A stretch of 26,158 nt of DNA from Promethearchaeota archaeon. Its GTDB lineage: Archaea > Asgardarchaeota > Lokiarchaeia > Sigyniarchaeales > SOKP01. The notes beneath the pieces are model-generated. The model was given only the letters and a program-made list of their open reading frames with translations, made no database searches and was not told where the DNA came from. Made by a program: the position numbers and the translations under genes. Where the stretch lies: assembly GCA_048938445.1 (NCBI GenBank), contig JBHLME010000059.1, forward strand, positions 1-26,158, in the 5' to 3' direction. Positions 17,459-26,158 of this stretch are shown here, piece after piece (within the stretch, counting starts at the first letter, position 1; each line of letters begins with the position of its first letter).

Positions 17459-17539
17459 TTTATTTTCACCATATTTAAAAAAAGATATTTTATATTATTT
17501 CAATTAATTTTCATCTTTTAAAAATATTGATTATATAAA

Positions 17540-18262
17540 TTAGAAGGCAATTCTCATGGGCAAACCAGTAGAATCACGTTCAAATTTTTCAGGAATGATT
17601 TGTAAGTCCGATCTTCCTTTGGATGCTCTTATTGCAAGAATCCAAGCATCCATAATGTCATCAACAGACATCTCTTTACGCTTGAATTGATTTAAACCAA
17701 CATCCAAGGGTGATTTTTTATATTTGCAATGATAATTTAAAATAGCTAATCTCTCCTTGATTCCTTCTCTTGTTTTTTTATAATATTTCATTGGACTATC
17801 ATTATTTAGGTAAGAATAGCTTAATTCTGGACCTGCTTCAACAAATACTTCACGTGCTTTTTCATCTTTTTGTAATAAAATATCAACTTCACGAATTTTT
17901 GAACATATATTCCATGATTGTTTCGATAATCCTTTTCCTGTCATTTTTTTATTAATTTTGTTTGCTTCTTCATAAGTGGAAGCATATAACGCTTTCCTAC
18001 AAGGTGTTGGGAATATTGATGAGGAACGCTTTCCAGTTAGATATCTCCGTGCTGCTGAATCATTTAATCTAGGAGTATTTCCTACATCTATCAAACCTAT
18101 AGGAATGTCAATTAAAATTAACTTAGAATTAGAATGAGCTTTCCATAGATCTTCGATTGAAATAAAGAGTTCTACTTCCCATTCATATTGATCTCCTGCT
18201 TGAATGCTTATCCATCCTGCTGAAAAACCATCCACCCCCAGATTTGGAAATTCTTTCTTCAT
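17540..18262 (-). CDS. DUF429 family protein (predicted RNase H-like nuclease)
   Basis: GVDGFSAGW, IDIPIGL, D-x2-AR-x2-L-x2-RSSSIFPTP, E-x2-PEL, DDIMDA, and terminal GLPMRI. Confidence 0.88.
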   Translation of the reverse strand: MKKEFPNLGVDGFSAGWISIQAGDQYEWEVELFISIEDLWKAHSNSKLILIDIPIGLIDVGNTPRLNDSAARRYLTGKRSSSIFPTPCRKALYASTYEEANKINKKMTGKGLSKQSWNICSKIREVDILLQKDEKAREVFVEAGPELSYSYLNNDSPMKYYKKTREGIKERLAILNYHCKYKKSPLDVGLNQFKRKEMSVDDIMDAWILAIRASKGRSDLQIIPEKFERDSTGLPMRIAF

Positions 18263-18379
18263 TTTAAATAATTGTTTCTTTAAATTCTCATTTAATAAAA
18301 TTATAATTAATAATTGGATCCTTTTTTATATTTCAAGGTATAAAATTAAGTAATTTAAAATTAAGGTTATTTTTCAAAA

Positions 18380-18599
18380 ATGAATGATATTTCAGACCAA
18401 GGAAAAATTAAAATTCTTACGAAAGAAATAAAGGAGTTGTCTTTTTAACGTGGTAAAAACTGGTGTGTTTGAATTGCATTCAATGGGAGATCCAGAATTT
18501 GTAAAGAATATGGAATTAATCACAAACACCATACTTTTAGAATATTCCTTTGGGGGTATCAAGTGTCTTGAAGTATGTCCATTAAATAAAACTTCCTAA
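18380..18599 (+). pseudogene. Possible decayed gene remnant resembling a 4Fe-4S protein C-terminus
   Basis: A more coding-like patch within AT-rich intergenic DNA. One frame reads MNDISDQGKIKILTKEIKELSF*RGKNWCV*IAFNGRSRICKEYG..., and a shifted frame ends GGIKCLEVCPLNKTS*. Confidence 0.25.
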
Positions 18600-18631
18600 A
18601 AATGAATAATCCACTAATAATTAGGATTTTA

Positions 18632-18655
18632 AGTAGTATATCCTTTTATACTACT
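18632..18655. promoter_or_regulatory. 9-bp perfect inverted repeat upstream of the beta-CASP gene; putative operator
   Basis: AGTAGTATA-tccttt-TATACTACT, ending 52 nt before ATG 18708 and just upstream of a TTATAAAA box. Confidence 0.45.
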
Positions 18656-18707
18656 ATTAATACTATTATAAAAACAAGGATTCAATTTGCATTTGAGTTA
18701 ATATATC

Positions 18708-20294
18708 ATGGAACTCGAGATATTTGGTGGAATAAAGGAAATAGGAGGAAATAAACTATTCATTAATGTAGGAGAAAGTAAATTTCTTTTTGATTTTGGA
18801 CTTTCTTTTAATGATAATAATCAATATTTTACAGGATTCTTAAATCCTCGAAATTATAATGGAATCGTGGATTATTTATATCTAGGGCTGATTCCCGCAA
18901 TTAATAAAATCTACAGAAATGATTATCTTTCTCCATTTTCAGAAATTCTTAAGAAAGATCCTTATAATATTTCAGTTGTAGAGGAAAATAAAATAGATGC
19001 TTTTTTTTTGACCCATGCTCACATGGATCATTATAAATTTATAGGTTTTTTAAAGCAAAACACACCAATTTACATGAATTGGATTACTCATGCTATTATA
19101 AATAATCTTTCAGAAAATTCTTTAGATCCATTAGTCTCAGAAATTTTAAAATATCATGAATATCATAAAATTGTTCCTAAATTACGACAGAAGAAGGGAG
19201 AAGAAATAGAATATAAAAGAGCTACGAAAAATGATTATAAAGATAAAGAGACAAACAGAAAAATACATGTTATGAATGAGAAAAAACCATATATTTTTAA
19301 GACATCTGAAGGAGAAGTTATTATCACTCAATATTATGTCGATCATTCTGTTCCTGGTGCCTGCTCTTATATTATCAAGCACGATGGAAGATCTATAGTA
19401 TATACAGGCGATTTCAGAAGGCATGGATTTCATGGTGAATGGGTTGATGATTTTATTAAAATTGTTTGTGAGGAAAATCCTATAGCAATCATTACTGAAG
19501 GAACAAGGGTACCAAATAAAGTAATTTTTAGAGATGGTTCATATAAAGGAGATGATCAATCTGAGGAGGATGTTAGAATTAGATCAAGAGACATGATAAG
19601 AAAGCATCCTGGATTGATATTGGTCAATTTTCCTTCAAGAAATTTAGATAGAATTTTATTATATTATGACTTAGCAAAAAGGTTTAATAGAATTTTTGCA
19701 ATTACGCCACGTATTTTCTCATATATTGATGAATTTCGTGAAAAATTGGATGACATGGATGAAAAGATAGTAAAAAAATTTTATGATTCATATGGTTTTC
19801 CAGAATATAATGATGAGAATTTTGTAATCTATTTGCGAAGAAAAGGATGGGGAAATTTTGAATCAGCGGATTATAGGGATAAAAATGAGAAAGCAATCTT
19901 TAAAGAAAATAGTTACATAACATATAAAGATGTTCAAAAGGAACCAGAACGATATCTCCTATATCTTGACTTTTACATGTTAAATGAGTTAATCGACCTC
20001 GATCAGGAAAAGGATACTATGATGTATATTAATTCAACCACTGATCCCTTTAATGAAGAAATGGAATTACAAGAAGAAGTACTTAATCAATGGTTGGAAC
20101 GATTTGGAATTTTAAAAACTGAAACAATTCATTCTTCAGGCCATTGCAATGTAGATGATCTAATTGATGCATTAGAAAAGATTAATGCAGATAATATCAT
20201 TCCAATCCACACTGAAAATCCGGATACTTTTAAAGAATTTGGATTATCAGGAAAAATAATTTTGCCTGAAAAGGGAAACAAATATCTTTTTTAA
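18708..20294 (+). CDS. MBL-fold beta-CASP metallo-nuclease, RNase J-like
   Basis: GGIKEIGGNK, DFG (motif I), THAHMDH (II), DHSVPGA (III), YTGDFR (IV), EGT, HSSGH (B), IPIHTE (C). Confidence 0.9.
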   Translation: MELEIFGGIKEIGGNKLFINVGESKFLFDFGLSFNDNNQYFTGFLNPRNYNGIVDYLYLGLIPAINKIYRNDYLSPFSEILKKDPYNISVVEENKIDAFFLTHAHMDHYKFIGFLKQNTPIYMNWITHAIINNLSENSLDPLVSEILKYHEYHKIVPKLRQKKGEEIEYKRATKNDYKDKETNRKIHVMNEKKPYIFKTSEGEVIITQYYVDHSVPGACSYIIKHDGRSIVYTGDFRRHGFHGEWVDDFIKIVCEENPIAIITEGTRVPNKVIFRDGSYKGDDQSEEDVRIRSRDMIRKHPGLILVNFPSRNLDRILLYYDLAKRFNRIFAITPRIFSYIDEFREKLDDMDEKIVKKFYDSYGFPEYNDENFVIYLRRKGWGNFESADYRDKNEKAIFKENSYITYKDVQKEPERYLLYLDFYMLNELIDLDQEKDTMMYINSTTDPFNEEMELQEEVLNQWLERFGILKTETIHSSGHCNVDDLIDALEKINADNIIPIHTENPDTFKEFGLSGKIILPEKGNKYLF

Positions 20295-20338
20295 TATATA
20301 TAGTTAAAAAGAATTATTAAATGAAAAATTTGTAAAAA

Positions 20339-21733
20339 ATGACAGGAAAAAATTATTGTTCTGAAGATTTTCCAAGTATGAATGGTTTATTAAAGGAATT
20401 TAAACCACATGATAGTGCTATATACTCTCTTGCTGTCACACCGGATAAGAAATATGTAATTACAGGTTCACTCGATTGTACCACTAAAATATGGGAATTA
20501 GAAACGGGAGAATCTTTTCAAACTTTAGAAGGCCATGATAAAGAGGTAACAGCAGTATATATCTCATCCGATGGAGGTAGATTAGCAACATGTTCTGAAG
20601 ATCATACCATAAAACTATGGAAATTGGATACGGGGAATTTAATTAGGAACTTTGCAGGTCATCAGAGTGCTGTATTAGGTGTTCTTATATCACCAAATGA
20701 TAAATATGTAATAAGCATCTCTGAAGATAAAACCGCTAAAATCTGGGATTGGAACTCTAAGAAAATAATAAGAAATTTAAAGGACCTTAATATTAGTAGT
20801 AATTCGATTGCAATCACACCTGATGGAGATTATATTGCAATTGGTGTTGGAAAGACCATAAAATTATGGCAATGGGGTTCAGGTGACCCTACATTATCAC
20901 TTGAGGGGCATAAATTTACCGTGAGCTCGCTAGCTATTGGTCCAAATGGAAAATATTTAGTGTCTGGTTCACTTGACAAGACCATTAAAATTTGGGATTT
21001 AAAGAAAGGTACACTAATAAAAACGTTAGAAGGACATAATGGAGGGATAAATTCTGTAGCTATTTCCTATGATAGGGAATATATTGCATCTGGTTCGGGG
21101 GATAAATCTATAATGGTTTGGGGTTTAAATAATAACAAAAAGTATGGTCCTTTCATACATGATACTTATGTTCAGAGTGTCACATTCATACCAAATACCT
21201 ATTTGGTTGTAGCAGGAGACTATAATGGTACTGTTAGAGTATGGGATTTCTTAGAAAATTGTATAGATTTTGAGTCAGGTTTACACCCAAAAGAAACTAC
21301 GGTAAAAATTTCAGATGATCTTGGTAAAAAAATCACTATTTTTATAAGTTATGCTACAACTGATTCAGATAGATTTGAAATTCAAACTGTTGCCAATTTA
21401 TTACAAAATTCGTTTGTTGATATTAAAGATGTTTTGTTTTGGGAAGAATACATGGATGATGATATATATGTTTACATGAATGATAATCTTGGGAAAGCAG
21501 ACGTAATATTAATTTTCTGTTCTGAAAATGCTAATAAATCTGATGCTGTTAGAACTGAATGGATGGCAGCTCATAAAATGAAGAAAAAATTAATTCCTGT
21601 TTTTGAGGATGAAAATGATATACCACCATTACTTACTACAAAACTTGGTATTCATTTTCGACCTGATGATATCAAAGGATTTGTCCAAGAATTACATGAT
21701 TTAATTAGTAAGAAAACTAAAAACCTCAAATAA
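20339..21733 (+). CDS. Seven-bladed WD40 propeller fused to a C-terminal TIR domain
   Basis: Seven GH...WD-type repeats (e.g. LEGHKFTVSSLAIGPNGKYLVSGSLDKTIKIWD). TIR motifs IFISYA, FCSENANKSDAVRTEW (Glu407), LIPVF and IPPLL. Confidence 0.93.
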   Translation: MTGKNYCSEDFPSMNGLLKEFKPHDSAIYSLAVTPDKKYVITGSLDCTTKIWELETGESFQTLEGHDKEVTAVYISSDGGRLATCSEDHTIKLWKLDTGNLIRNFAGHQSAVLGVLISPNDKYVISISEDKTAKIWDWNSKKIIRNLKDLNISSNSIAITPDGDYIAIGVGKTIKLWQWGSGDPTLSLEGHKFTVSSLAIGPNGKYLVSGSLDKTIKIWDLKKGTLIKTLEGHNGGINSVAISYDREYIASGSGDKSIMVWGLNNNKKYGPFIHDTYVQSVTFIPNTYLVVAGDYNGTVRVWDFLENCIDFESGLHPKETTVKISDDLGKKITIFISYATTDSDRFEIQTVANLLQNSFVDIKDVLFWEEYMDDDIYVYMNDNLGKADVILIFCSENANKSDAVRTEWMAAHKMKKKLIPVFEDENDIPPLLTTKLGIHFRPDDIKGFVQELHDLISKKTKNLK

Positions 21734-21940
21734 TACAATTTTTATTATTTTTTGGGAGTTTAAGTTAATTCTATTGTTTAAAATTACAAATTATTAATTC
21801 TTTAAGGTCTAATTATTTTAAATGGGACACCATTCTTTTTATTAAAAAGAAAATTAAGAAATGCTATCATATTAGAAGGTTTTTTTTATTTTATAGCATC
21901 AAGTTAATTAAATATAAAATATAGGATTGATGATTCTTAA

Positions 21941-23683
21941 ATGATAATTAAAATCAACTCATTAGAAAGCACTATTGAAATTTTTTATGATAAATACATT
22001 CATCTTCATGGATTTGTAAAACTTGAGGCAGAGAGTGATGAAAATGCTTACATTATCATTATTCAAATTTTAAATGAACAAACTATCTCTGACTATGTTT
22101 TAACTCGTCAAAAATTAAAGAATGTACAAATGACAGAATATATCACAGCGGAATTAGAAACAGAATTGCAATATGTCATTCAAGGACGTCCAATAATTTG
22201 TACTAAAATAGAAAAAGAAACTCAGAAAGAGACTCATGACACCATGAATGTTTTTTTCCTTATAGAAGATTTAATGGAAAACGAAATCTTGAAACCTCAT
22301 TCAATGAAAATCTCAGATGTTCAATCCGATAAACATAAATTTTTAGAGCAAATCTTTACACCTGAAGGAATTTTCATGGGGACACTCGCATCTGAGAAGA
22401 GCGTGAATGTTTACTTCCCATTTAAATATTTAATGTATCATTTTTTTATTGCTGGAGCAACTGGGATGGGAAAATCTAATTTAAATCAAGTAATAATTGA
22501 TGGTTTACTTCAACATAATGCTAATGTGATTTTAAATGGATCAGGTAATAAGATATCTATGCTAGCTATAGATATGCATGATGAGTATGCATTAGGTTGT
22601 AGAGAATATGGTGTATATCATATTAGTAAAACAACGCAATATGATAAAGAGTTAATTGGTAAATGGTTTTATCTCTATCCTAATAATGGTATCGCTCCTA
22701 TTGAAGTTCAAAGTATGGCTCAACCATGTCTAATAAGCTATCAAGAAATCAAACCAGAGGATCTTTTAGCCACGGGGACCTTTAATGATTTACAAGTTGG
22801 CGCAATATATTCTGCATATAATGGCGATAAGGAAAAATATATTGATAATTTATTATCTGGTGGTTATGATATTTTAAAAATATATGATGAAAAAACAATT
22901 GCTGCTATAAGGAGACGTTTACTTTGGTTAGAGTATTCTGAGATGTTCCAATCAAATGCTACAAGTAAATTAGCAAAAATAGTAAAAAAACTAGAGAAGG
23001 GTGGTTTAATCCTTTTTAACGTTTCAATGATCTCTGATTTAGAAATGTTTCTCTTTAATAGTATCTTAGCAAGAACTTTATTTGATATTCGTAAAGCATT
23101 GAAGTCCTCATCAGATTTAACTACATTCAAGAAAAAATTAAGTAATGTACTGCCCACTGCTTTTTATGAGGAATATAAGAAAAATATTTCCTCGATTTAT
23201 GTTAAATCAGGAGAAACGATTAAGGATCCTGCTGATATGCCAGTTATTATTTTTACAATTGAAGAAGCCCCGAGCATTTTAAGACCGGAAATGATGAGAT
23301 TCAGTAACGTGTTTAAAGATATTTCTCGTCAAGGGCGTAAGTTTAACTTAGCGTTGGAAATAATTTCACAACAATATTCCCCAATTGATGATACAATCAT
23401 TTCAAACATGAACACGGTAATAAACCTACCTTTGAGATCTGAGAAAGAAAAAGCAGTTGCTGCTAGAGTTCTAGGGGGAGGAATTCAATATAGTGATTTA
23501 GAATCTTTAACAGGTACTAGAGGGATTGCGTTAATATCAGGAATTTGGCTTACTAACTTCCAAAAACTTCATATCCCCTTATATGACAAATACTTCAAGG
23601 AAATATCTAAAAAAATCTTTGAAGATTTTGCATTAAAAATTAAAAATCAGAGGTCCAGTCCACCTCCTACAGGGTTACCTTAG
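21941..23683 (+). CDS. herA: HerA-like (FtsK/HerA superfamily, DUF87) ATPase/translocase
   Basis: HFFIAGATGMGKSN (Walker A), IDMHDEY, IEEAP (Walker B), RQGRKF (Arg finger), ISQQ...IDDTIISNMNT. Adjacent to nurA and mre11. Confidence 0.88.
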   Translation: MIIKINSLESTIEIFYDKYIHLHGFVKLEAESDENAYIIIIQILNEQTISDYVLTRQKLKNVQMTEYITAELETELQYVIQGRPIICTKIEKETQKETHDTMNVFFLIEDLMENEILKPHSMKISDVQSDKHKFLEQIFTPEGIFMGTLASEKSVNVYFPFKYLMYHFFIAGATGMGKSNLNQVIIDGLLQHNANVILNGSGNKISMLAIDMHDEYALGCREYGVYHISKTTQYDKELIGKWFYLYPNNGIAPIEVQSMAQPCLISYQEIKPEDLLATGTFNDLQVGAIYSAYNGDKEKYIDNLLSGGYDILKIYDEKTIAAIRRRLLWLEYSEMFQSNATSKLAKIVKKLEKGGLILFNVSMISDLEMFLFNSILARTLFDIRKALKSSSDLTTFKKKLSNVLPTAFYEEYKKNISSIYVKSGETIKDPADMPVIIFTIEEAPSILRPEMMRFSNVFKDISRQGRKFNLALEIISQQYSPIDDTIISNMNTVINLPLRSEKEKAVAARVLGGGIQYSDLESLTGTRGIALISGIWLTNFQKLHIPLYDKYFKEISKKIFEDFALKIKNQRSSPPPTGLP

Positions 23684-23711
23684 GAGAATAGCTAACTTAG
23701 AGGGGATAAAT

Positions 23712-24911
23712 ATCTCTTTTGATTTTGAATTAATTTCTTTAGAGGAATCGTTTCAAAAAAGACCAGAACATTCCATAGAGCAAGAAATCAAGCAATTTAA
23801 AGAATATATTCAAAGTAGAAAAGTATCTTGGACTCAAGAAGAAAAAATCGAATTAGAAACAGATAAATTCGATGATGAGGAAACTTTAGAAAATACAAAT
23901 GTCCATTTTAGTGAAATGACGCATCACATCTTTTCGCGTGAATTAAAAGACCTACTTCAACATGATTTTAAAATTATTGGTTTTGATGAGAGTTCAAATA
24001 CTTTTTCTGGAACTTATGCGAGATTAGCTTCTTTCAAATTTGGAGAAGGTCAATTAACCTTTAAAAACGGTAAATACCAAAAAGAATTAATCATGTACAA
24101 ACCAATTACAGCATATATAGAAGATAATGAACATAAACTAATTATTTATAGATATGTAATTCAAAATTTTGTAGATACTATTAAAAATTCATTTTATAAA
24201 GGAAATTTAAAGAATGAAATTGATAAGCTAGACAAATGGTTTGAAAATACATATAAAAAAAAAATTGATGACCATATTAATGCTCATAACTTTTATTATC
24301 CATCAATGGGTCATGTTATTGATAGGATAAGAACCGCAGACGAGATTTTAAAATCTCTAATACGAATCAGAGACGAGAGCAATTGGGGGAATAATAAAAA
24401 GGTTATTTTTCTTGGAGATGGAATTCAAATGTTTAGGCAACATATCTTTCCCCCTCAAGCATTCATAAATTTCTTCTATAAATTCATTAAAATTTATAAT
24501 ATTAAATATTATAGCTTTTCAAAAACATGCCGACTGAGAGATGCTCAGGGAAACTTCATTCTTCCTATATGGTCAGAAATTTTAGATAAACAACGTTTCT
24601 TAGTTGAATTACCGGATCTTTCACAATATACAAAAAGTAAGGCATTCATTACTAGATTGCAGGAAGATTCTGCAACATTGAGATTTGATGTTCCTGATTT
24701 TTATTCTATTAACGAAGCAATAAAAATATTACGTAATTTGATTCCCTATTCACCGCGTGGTTATCCCTTGTGTCTCGAAGATGCTCATAATGCAAGTACA
24801 TTATTACCATCAGAATATAATAAATTAGAAGGTAACTTTTTAGAGTTACAATATGATGAAAAAACAAAAAAATACACTCAAGAGTGGAGGCATAAAGTTT
24901 TACCTCCCTAA
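23712..24911 (+). CDS. nurA: NurA-like 5'-3' nuclease (RNase H-like fold); start uncertain, first ATG at 23916 but the frame is open from 23637
   Basis: IIGFDESS (first acidic), IFLGDG (second acidic), SFSKT, LRFD, and the diagnostic GYPLCLEDAHNAS. Upstream in-frame coding-like sequence (ISFDFELISLEESFQKRPEHSIEQEIKQFKEYIQ...) follows a GAGGGG SD-like element at 23700-23705. Confidence 0.8.
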   Translation: MSFDFELISLEESFQKRPEHSIEQEIKQFKEYIQSRKVSWTQEEKIELETDKFDDEETLENTNVHFSEMTHHIFSRELKDLLQHDFKIIGFDESSNTFSGTYARLASFKFGEGQLTFKNGKYQKELIMYKPITAYIEDNEHKLIIYRYVIQNFVDTIKNSFYKGNLKNEIDKLDKWFENTYKKKIDDHINAHNFYYPSMGHVIDRIRTADEILKSLIRIRDESNWGNNKKVIFLGDGIQMFRQHIFPPQAFINFFYKFIKIYNIKYYSFSKTCRLRDAQGNFILPIWSEILDKQRFLVELPDLSQYTKSKAFITRLQEDSATLRFDVPDFYSINEAIKILRNLIPYSPRGYPLCLEDAHNASTLLPSEYNKLEGNFLELQYDEKTKKYTQEWRHKVLPP

Positions 24912-24944
24912 ATAAAAATAAAAATAGAATTATTGGTAGATAAT

Positions 24945-26158
24945 ATGGTCAAATTAATTCACATGTCAGATACTCATCTTGGATATCGTGCTAGAAAAGG
25001 TGCAATTAATCAATGGGCAATTGAAAATTATTCTAAACCTTATGAACAAGAGATTTATGATTTGTTTATAAAACTCTTTGATGATATTGCTAACATGAAA
25101 GATTTAGATTTTGTTATACATTGTGGAGACATGTTTCATGTTCCTTCAAAATTAAATGCACACCCTCCACCAGAACCAGCAAGAATGGCTTTAAAAAGTG
25201 CATTAGACAACTTTTTTAATAAAACATCTAACAAGATTCCTTTAATTTATATTGAAGGCAATCATGGAATTTTTCGAGGATATGACTATACTCCATTCGA
25301 ATCTCATATTAGTAGAGAAGAATATCCAAATCTTCATTATTATAAAGAGCGTGATTTATTAAACGCAATAAAGTCAGATCAACCATTATTTTTAGAATTT
25401 AAAGAGAAAAGGGTAAGATTTTATTTGTTTCCTTATTTTGAATTTAAAAGTATTGAAAGTTATAAGCACGCTTACGATAAATGGATTGAAAAACAAAAAC
25501 CTCCAAAAAATGATAATTTCATTAATATCGCATTAGCTCATGGCTCAGAAATAGATAATACTCTTCATAAGGAATTAAAATACGATGATTTTGGATACGA
25601 TTATATTGCATTAGGTCATGAACATGGATTGATTCGAAAATCAAAAAAAAGCTATTACTCTGGTTGCCTTCTACCATTAAACTTTAAGGAAATTCATGAA
25701 AACCAAGGATATTTAATTGTTGATATTAATGATGAAACAAAAGAATTGAAGGTAAAAGAAGAATATACGGATCAAATGATAGCACGACTATTTGATATTA
25801 TTACAATTAATGTCTCACCTCAAGAAACTTCTGAAGAATTAGAAAGAAAAATAAACCGTGAATTAAAAAAATGTGTTTCTAATGATGGTTTTAACCCAAA
25901 AACTGCTGCAAGGTTAAAGATTAATTTTACAGGTGAAATGACATTTGAAAAAGCATGGCAAATTAATGATATAATGGTCAGAATCCGTAGAGAATGCTTT
26001 TCTCAAACTGAAAAATATAATATAATGCAATTAATATGGACGACGTCAGATTTTTCAGAATTTATTGAAGATGATATAAGTTCAGGAATTATAGAGGATT
26101 ATATATTAGAAAAACCCGATGAAGAATTCAAGCAATTTGTAATTGAAAAATTAAGCGA
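24945..26158 (+). CDS. mre11: Mre11/SbcD-like metallophosphoesterase nuclease; 3'-truncated and absent from the ORF track
   Basis: Hand translation gives MVKLIHMSDTHLGY (I), IHCGDMFH (II), IEGNHG (III), LAHGS (IV), YDYIALGHEH (V) and YYSGCLLPLNFKE...GYLIVD, then a capping-domain-like region. No stop seen before the window end. Confidence 0.92.
   Translation, partial: MVKLIHMSDTHLGYRARKGAINQWAIENYSKPYEQEIYDLFIKLFDDIANMKDLDFVIHCGDMFHVPSKLNAHPPPEPARMALKSALDNFFNKTSNKIPLIYIEGNHGIFRGYDYTPFESHISREEYPNLHYYKERDLLNAIKSDQPLFLEFKEKRVRFYLFPYFEFKSIESYKHAYDKWIEKQKPPKNDNFINIALAHGSEIDNTLHKELKYDDFGYDYIALGHEHGLIRKSKKSYYSGCLLPLNFKEIHENQGYLIVDINDETKELKVKEEYTDQMIARLFDIITINVSPQETSEELERKINRELKKCVSNDGFNPKTAARLKINFTGEMTFEKAWQINDIMVRIRRECFSQTEKYNIMQLIWTTSDFSEFIEDDISSGIIEDYILEKPDEEFKQFVIEKLS

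Noticed and set aside
20390-21250. Recurring ~125-nt sequence similarity
   Set aside because: Fully explained by WD40 protein repeats.
319-23157. About 20 short ORFs (60-103 aa) antisense to long genes, e.g. 4957-5184, 9146-9418, 10545-10850, 14699-15010, 22864-23157
   Set aside because: All lie opposite well-supported genes, most have the F/L/S/I-rich composition typical of shadow frames, and none has a recognisable motif.
1-26158. tRNA/rRNA genes, IS elements, integrases, proviral genes
   Set aside because: I saw no GC-rich structured RNA segment, no transposase or recombinase motifs, and no terminal repeats; intergenic regions are short and AT-rich.

Overview
AT-rich archaeal-type chromosomal window, most consistent with an Asgard archaeon (Lokiarchaeia/Promethearchaeota-like). 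That placement is inferred from the protein content: an Arf-like GTPase, longin/uDENN-like domains, a WD40-TIR protein and a coiled-coil Zn-ribbon protein. It holds about 21 CDSs, two truncated by the window edges, and I found no RNA genes, CRISPR array or transposase. Routine genes include a SAM methyltransferase, nth, a rhomboid, a Pcm-like protein, DUF1015, a CocE/NonD hydrolase, YkgJ, a phytol/dolichol-kinase-like protein, a flavin reductase, YhhN and DUF429. Three things stand out. (1) A 949-aa fusion: longin/uDENN-like, Arf-like GTPase, longin/uDENN-like, PAS, PAS, catalytically dead histidine kinase. Both longin-like domains keep an 'RG' loop matching the FLCN/SMCR8 GAP arginine-finger position. 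(2) A 711-aa cytoplasmic beta-rich protein whose N-terminus reads like a mu-homology (adaptin/delta-COP) domain. (3) A co-oriented block of beta-CASP nuclease, WD40-TIR, and divergent herA-nurA-mre11. There the nurA frame extends far upstream without a canonical start, and mre11 is missing from the supplied ORF track. All domain calls come from recognising motifs by eye, not from database searches.
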